NCBI GenBank assembly: GCA_034723415.1
Contig: JAYEOX010000023.1
Coordinates: forward strand, 1 to 10,995
DNA from: Fidelibacterota bacterium
GTDB taxonomy: Bacteria > Fidelibacterota > Fidelibacteria > Fidelibacterales > Fidelibacteraceae
Direction: 5' to 3'
Length of the DNA: 10,995 nucleotides
Under the pieces are notes generated by a model. It ran no database searches. It worked only from the letters and a program-made list of their open reading frames with translations, and was not told where the DNA came from. The number at the start of each line of letters is the position of its first letter. Position 1 is the stretch's first letter. A program made the translations under genes and the position numbers. This document shows, piece after piece, positions 6,379 to 10,995 of this stretch.

Positions 6379-7374
6379 ATGAAAAGATTAATATTTTATT
6401 TATTTATTACAATTTTCACAATGATTTTAGTAAATAACGTGAATGCAAAAACAAACAATAAAGAGCAACTTGCTCATACATTTTCAATAGTTGCAAGAGA
6501 TAAAATTACCGGTGAGATGGCAGTTGGAGTTCAGAGTCACTGGTTTTCTGTTGGAACCTTAGTGTCGTGGGGAAAATCCGGTGTTGGTGTTGTTGCAACT
6601 CAATCTTTTGTAAATCCTGCTTATGGACCGAATGGAATTAAACTAATGGAAAAAGGTAAAAGTGCAACTGAAGTGCTTGATATATTAGTTGCAAAAGATG
6701 ATGGAAAGGGTTTTAGACAAGTTGCAATGTTAGATGTTAATGGTAATGTGTCTGCTTTTACAGGAAAAAAATGTATCGAATCGGCTAATCATATAATTGG
6801 TGAAAACTATTCTGTTCAAGCAAATATGATGTTAAATGATAGAGTTGTTCCGGCAATGTCAAAAGCTTTTGAAGAGAATAGCAATTTGGAACTTCCCGAA
6901 CGAGTTTTGAAAGTATTGAAAGTAGCTCAAGTAACCGGAGGAGATATTCGTGGAAGGCAATCAGCAGCATTGATAGTTGTAAATTCAAAAAGTGTAGAGT
7001 ATTCTTGGGAAGATAAAAAAATTGATTTGAGAGTTGACGATAGTAAAAATCCATTAGTTGAAATAGAGCGACTCTTGAAAATACACCATGCTTATGAACA
7101 TATGAACAATGGAGATTTGGCTGTTGAACATAATGATATGAAATTAGCTCTCAAAGAATACGGATCTGCTGAAAAATTAATGCCAGATAATTTAGAAATG
7201 AAATTTTGGAAAGCAATTGCGCTTGCAAACAATAAACAAATTGAAGAAGCAATTCCATTATTTAAAATTGTATTCAATAAAGATGATAATTGGAGAGAAC
7301 TTACAAGGCGACTTCCGAAATCAGGTTTACTTGAAGTTTCGGAAAGTGATTTGAAAAAGATTCTTGATTTGTAA
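6379..7374 (+). CDS. Secreted DUF1028 (Ntn-hydrolase-like) protein with C-terminal TPR-like helices
   Basis: TFSIVARD..TGEMAVGVQS, VGVVATQS, RQVAMLD, GGDIRGRQSAAL, DLRVDD; signal peptide; AAGGGAG RBS; helical TPR-like tail. Confidence 0.9.
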   Translation: MKRLIFYLFITIFTMILVNNVNAKTNNKEQLAHTFSIVARDKITGEMAVGVQSHWFSVGTLVSWGKSGVGVVATQSFVNPAYGPNGIKLMEKGKSATEVLDILVAKDDGKGFRQVAMLDVNGNVSAFTGKKCIESANHIIGENYSVQANMMLNDRVVPAMSKAFEENSNLELPERVLKVLKVAQVTGGDIRGRQSAALIVVNSKSVEYSWEDKKIDLRVDDSKNPLVEIERLLKIHHAYEHMNNGDLAVEHNDMKLALKEYGSAEKLMPDNLEMKFWKAIALANNKQIEEAIPLFKIVFNKDDNWRELTRRLPKSGLLEVSESDLKKILDL

Positions 7375-7454
7375 TATTTTACTGAATTAAATGAAGCTTG
7401 AAAAAAGTGTTAATTCAAATTGGTTTTTTTAAAAAAAAGTTGTAAATTTATTTT

Positions 7455-8453
7455 ATGATAAAAAATGAGAATAAAATAAAAGTTGGTCTTTTTGGTGTTG
7501 GCAAATTTGGAACATATCACTTACAAAACTTGTTGGAAATTCCGGAAATTGAATTAGTAGGATTTTGTGACATTGATCCCGAAAAGCAAAAATTGATCCC
7601 TAAAAAATATAATATCAAATACTATTCACAGAGTGATTTAATTGATTTAGTTGATGTTGTAGATGTTGTCGTTCCTACAATATCCCATTTCGGTATTGCA
7701 AAAGAAGCTCTGCAAAATGGGAAACATGTTTTTATTGAAAAGCCGGTTACTCAAACAGTTTCACAAATTAAAGAATTGAATAAAATTGCCGAGAAAAATA
7801 ATTTAAAAATATCAGTTGGACATATTGAAAGATTTAATCCTATATTCGTAAAAACAAAAGAGAAATATGATTTAAAACCGTCTTTCATAGAAATTCATCG
7901 TGTCGGGAAATTCAATCCCTTGCGTGGTGTCGATGTACCTGTAATAATGGAATTAATGATACACGATCTGGATCTGTTACTCTATACAATTGATGCTGAA
8001 GTTACTAACATTTCCGCTGTAGGCACAAAGGTATTATCAAGTGAGTGCGACATAGTAAACGCCAGGATCGAGTTTGCTAATGGAACAGTTGCCAATATTA
8101 CGGCAAGTAGAATATCGGATAAAAAAATGCGGAAAGTTAGAATATTCCAAAAGAATTTATATGTATCAATGGATTTTCTCAATAATAAAGCCGATGTTTA
8201 TTCTCTTTTGAATGAAAATAATAATCAGAAAAATTTTAATTCAAAAATATTGTCAAAAATTCCAAAAGATTTTTCAAAAATAATTAATTATGATAAAATT
8301 GAACCAAAAAAATATAATGCTTTAAAGATGGAATTAAGTGAATTTGTTAAATCAATAATAAGCGATACAACCCCAATAGTAACAGGGGAAGATGGATTTA
8401 AAGCATTAGAACTTGCAACAAAAATAGAAGAATCTATAAAAAACAAACAATAA
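7455..8453 (+). CDS. Gfo/Idh/MocA family oxidoreductase, probable GnnA-like UDP-GlcNAc 3-dehydrogenase
   Basis: GVGKFG Rossmann motif, HVFIEKP, VGHIERFNP, MIHDLD, ANITASRIS; the stop overlaps the lpxB start (TAATG at 8451-8455). The family is secure; the substrate is inferred from context. Confidence 0.85.
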   Translation: MIKNENKIKVGLFGVGKFGTYHLQNLLEIPEIELVGFCDIDPEKQKLIPKKYNIKYYSQSDLIDLVDVVDVVVPTISHFGIAKEALQNGKHVFIEKPVTQTVSQIKELNKIAEKNNLKISVGHIERFNPIFVKTKEKYDLKPSFIEIHRVGKFNPLRGVDVPVIMELMIHDLDLLLYTIDAEVTNISAVGTKVLSSECDIVNARIEFANGTVANITASRISDKKMRKVRIFQKNLYVSMDFLNNKADVYSLLNENNNQKNFNSKILSKIPKDFSKIINYDKIEPKKYNALKMELSEFVKSIISDTTPIVTGEDGFKALELATKIEESIKNKQ

Positions 8454-9610
8454 TGATAAAAAAAATTAATTTAAAATCTATATGTATAATTGCAGGCGAT
8501 CATTCTGCGGATGAACCAGGCGTTAATATTGTAAAGAATTTTAAATATCTATATCCGGATATAAATATATTCGGTATTGGCGGCGACAAAATGCAGAGTC
8601 AAGGGATGAAATTACTTTATCATAGTAATGAAACTACTTTCATGGGATTTTTTGAAATACTTAAACATTTATCATTTGTAAGACGGATGTTTAAAAATGT
8701 AATTTCAGCAATTAAAAAGACAAAACCGGATGCAATTATCCTTATTGATTATCCGGGGTTTAATCTTAGATTAGCAAAAAAGCTAAAGAGAGTAAATATC
8801 CCTATTTTTTACTATATTGCGCCTCAAACTTGGGCATGGAAAGAGGGTAGAGTAAAACAAATTTATAAATATATTGATCATTTGTTTGCAATATATCCTT
8901 TTGAAAAAAAATATTTTGCTCAATATAAAATACCTGTAACTTATGTAGGTAATCCGTTAGCGCAAACTATAATAGACAAATCATTTACATTTGATCCGTT
9001 AAAGCAGTTGGACTTAAAAAAAGATCTACCAATAATATCTTTTTTGCCGGGTAGTCGAGAGCAGGAAATTAAAAATCATTTGCCGGTAATTTATGATACA
9101 ATAAAAGTTTTACATAAAAAATTTCCACATTGGCAATTTGTAATTTCAAAATCTAAAAATATTTCTCAAAAAATTTGGGATAAATATAATATAAGGTCTA
9201 ATTATACTGTATATCAAGGTAATATTAACAATTTATTGGCGCATTCATCGGCAATCGCAGTTGCTTCCGGAACTGCAAGTTTACAAGCAGCACTACATAA
9301 AAAACCGATGGTAATTTTCTATAAAACATCTTTTATTACTTATTTTATTGCTCGCATAGTAACCAAAATACGTTTTATCGGGATGATCAATATTTTAGGT
9401 GGTAATCAATTAGTTCCAGAATTAATTCAAGGTAAATTTAATGTTGATAAACTTTCCACAGAAATTCAAAAAGAGGTCTTAATTTTTAATCATCAAGCTA
9501 TTAAGCAAGCAAAAATAGAAAGGACAGTAAATAATTTATTGATTGAAAATTCCACTGAAACAATGATAGGAATTATGTTAGAACTCATTTATAAAAAGAA
9601 AAATAAATAA
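8453..9610 (+). CDS. lpxB: Lipid-A-disaccharide synthase
   Basis: GIGGDKM, MGFFEIL, LIDYPGFNLRLAK, YYIAPQTWAWK.GR, YPFE, YVGNPL, LPGSREQE, ASGTASL, VPELIQ. Confidence 0.97.
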   Translation: MIKKINLKSICIIAGDHSADEPGVNIVKNFKYLYPDINIFGIGGDKMQSQGMKLLYHSNETTFMGFFEILKHLSFVRRMFKNVISAIKKTKPDAIILIDYPGFNLRLAKKLKRVNIPIFYYIAPQTWAWKEGRVKQIYKYIDHLFAIYPFEKKYFAQYKIPVTYVGNPLAQTIIDKSFTFDPLKQLDLKKDLPIISFLPGSREQEIKNHLPVIYDTIKVLHKKFPHWQFVISKSKNISQKIWDKYNIRSNYTVYQGNINNLLAHSSAIAVASGTASLQAALHKKPMVIFYKTSFITYFIARIVTKIRFIGMINILGGNQLVPELIQGKFNVDKLSTEIQKEVLIFNHQAIKQAKIERTVNNLLIENSTETMIGIMLELIYKKKNK

Positions 9611-9612
9611 TA

Positions 9613-10602
9613 TTGAAAGCTTTTAATTTTTTGTTTGATGTGATAATCAAATTACGGCATAAATTATATGACATCAATTTTTTTAGATCAAAAAAAGTAG
9701 ATACATCTGTTATTTCTATTGGCAGCATAACAATTGGTGGAGCGGGAAAAACTCCACTGACAATTGCAGTTGCTAAAATGTTAACTGATATGAATATTAA
9801 AGTAGCGATATTAAGCAGAGGATACAAAAGAAAAAAAACCGGACTTAATGAAATAAGAGATTTGTCTGATTTGCAGAAAACTGCTATGGATTATGGCGAT
9901 GAACCAACTTTAATAGCATTAACTTTAAAAAATATACCGGTTATTGTTTCAGAGAATAGATTCCTTGGGGCAGAATATATTGAGAAGAAAATTAACCCGG
10001 ATGTAATATTATTAGACGATGGATTTCAACATAGAAAACTTTCTCATTCAGCCGATATTTTAATATTTAAAAATGATTTTAAAGGTAAGAAAGAGACATA
10101 TTTCCCTTTTGGAAAATTAAGAGATTCACTGTCTCAATTGAAAAATAGCGATCTGATTTTTTATGAAAAGGGTACCAAAAATAGTGTAAAAGAATATTTA
10201 AAAGAACAGGCCTCTATTCAAGAATATAATATTAAATATCAATTAATTTCAAATAATAAATCAAAAATTAATATTAAAAAACCCATTACTTCATTTTGTG
10301 GTATTGCTAAACCGGAGCTGTTTTTTGCAGCACTCAAAGATTTGAATATTGATTGTAAGTATAATCTCAAATTCAGTGATCATAAAAAATATGGAAATTT
10401 TACAATAAGAAAAATATTATCAACTAAATCAAATACATTTATCACAACTGAAAAAGATTTTTTAAAATTGCCAAAAGAATTTGTTGCTAATAATAAAATA
10501 TTAACATTAACAATGAAAATAGAGTTTGGTGATAATAAAAGTATTATAAAAGTGTTAAAAAAGGTCTTTATAAAAAATAACACGAAAAATAATTACAAAT
10601 GA
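9613..10602 (+). CDS. lpxK: Tetraacyldisaccharide 4'-kinase
   Basis: VISIGSITIGGAGKTP (Walker A), ILSRGY, GDEP, LDDGFQH, FCGIAKPELF, FSDH, ITTEKD; TTG start 2 nt after the lpxB stop. Confidence 0.96.
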   Translation: MKAFNFLFDVIIKLRHKLYDINFFRSKKVDTSVISIGSITIGGAGKTPLTIAVAKMLTDMNIKVAILSRGYKRKKTGLNEIRDLSDLQKTAMDYGDEPTLIALTLKNIPVIVSENRFLGAEYIEKKINPDVILLDDGFQHRKLSHSADILIFKNDFKGKKETYFPFGKLRDSLSQLKNSDLIFYEKGTKNSVKEYLKEQASIQEYNIKYQLISNNKSKINIKKPITSFCGIAKPELFFAALKDLNIDCKYNLKFSDHKKYGNFTIRKILSTKSNTFITTEKDFLKLPKEFVANNKILTLTMKIEFGDNKSIIKVLKKVFIKNNTKNNYK

Positions 10603-10618
10603 GAAATTACAAATTGCA
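10591..10618. repeat. 7-bp tandem repeat spanning the lpxK stop codon
   Basis: aattaca aatgaga aattaca aattgca. Confidence 0.6.
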
Positions 10619-10713
10619 AGCTAAAGACCAACGAAATTAATAAGTTGGAGTTTAAAAAAGCAATTTAAGGACTTTTTAAGTTTAATATTTTATAATTTTT
10701 ATATATTTTCGTT

Positions 10714-10799
10714 GAACTCTTTCAGAGTTCTTTTCTTTTGTGAGATGTTTATCTCTATGGGCTATACCCATAGTTATTAATATCTCACTGCTTCGCAGT
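10714..10799. repeat. Three-hairpin REP-like element (TTC loops on + strand); the first hairpin plus T-run could also terminate the lpx transcript
   Basis: gaactct-TTC-agagttc (10714-10730) followed by ttttctttt; ctatggg-ctata-cccatag (10755-10773); ttattaatat linker; actgc-TTC-gcagt (10787-10799). Confidence 0.8.
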
Positions 10800-10944
10800 T
10801 GTAAATATTTGTATACTCTATCTGCTTTTAAAATGAAATGAAATTTGAAAAGGTTTGTAAATAATGAATTGTTTTTATAATATAATCTTTATGAGAGACA
10901 CATTTTTGTGCACGGGATCCACAGTTTTATACTTCCTAAATTAA

Positions 10945-10992
10945 AATCTACAAAGTAGATTAATTTTAATAACTACGGGTGTAAACCCGTAG
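10945..10992. repeat. REP-like element copy, probably truncated by the window edge
   Basis: aatctac-AAA-gtagatt (10945-10961); linker aattttaataa; ctacgggt-gtaa-acccgtag (10973-10992); 10948-10976 matches 124-152 at 27/29. Confidence 0.8.
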
Positions 10993-10995
10993 AAA

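Noticed and set aside
8489..8521. LpxB N-terminal motif IAGDHSADEPG deviates from the usual AGExSGD
   Set aside because: All other LpxB motifs are intact (IDYPGFN, PGSR), so this is most likely ordinary divergence
468..10583. Short antisense or overlapping ORFs (468, 963, 2893, 2991, 5000, 6785, 7092, 7982, 9585, 10380)
   Set aside because: They are shadows of well-supported genes on the opposite strand, with no motifs
10911..10924. cacgggatccacag, weakly like the CACGGAT triplet
   Set aside because: Too degenerate and short to support
10941..10960. tctac-aaa-gtagat resembles the Cas12a repeat stem
   Set aside because: Single copy, lacks the AATTTCTACT 5' part, has a 3-nt loop, and is explained by the hairpin family

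Overview
This is a very AT-rich window from a Gram-negative bacterium. The PorV/PorQ-like barrel suggests an FCB-group-like lineage, but that is inference only. There are ten well-supported genes: an SDR oxidoreductase (-), rsmI, upp, an uncharacterised lipoprotein, a PorV/PorQ-like beta-barrel (-), a membrane-anchored gluzincin peptidase (-), a secreted DUF1028 protein, and a coupled Gfo/Idh/MocA (GnnA-like)-lpxB-lpxK lipid A operon. The most unusual signal is non-coding. The spacers downstream of gene 3' ends (1-400, 3699-4120, 10591-10995) are patchworks of short structured modules. These include (i) a dispersed multi-hairpin element found four times in both orientations, with fixed spacing, GAA/AAA triloops and compensatory stem changes; (ii) several distinct degenerate 7-bp tandem tracts; and (iii) 8-bp and 9/10-bp triplets just past stop codons. 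The pattern suggests stacked ends or scars of small mobile elements, possibly handled as ssDNA hairpins. No transposase, CRISPR array or RNA gene is visible in the window.
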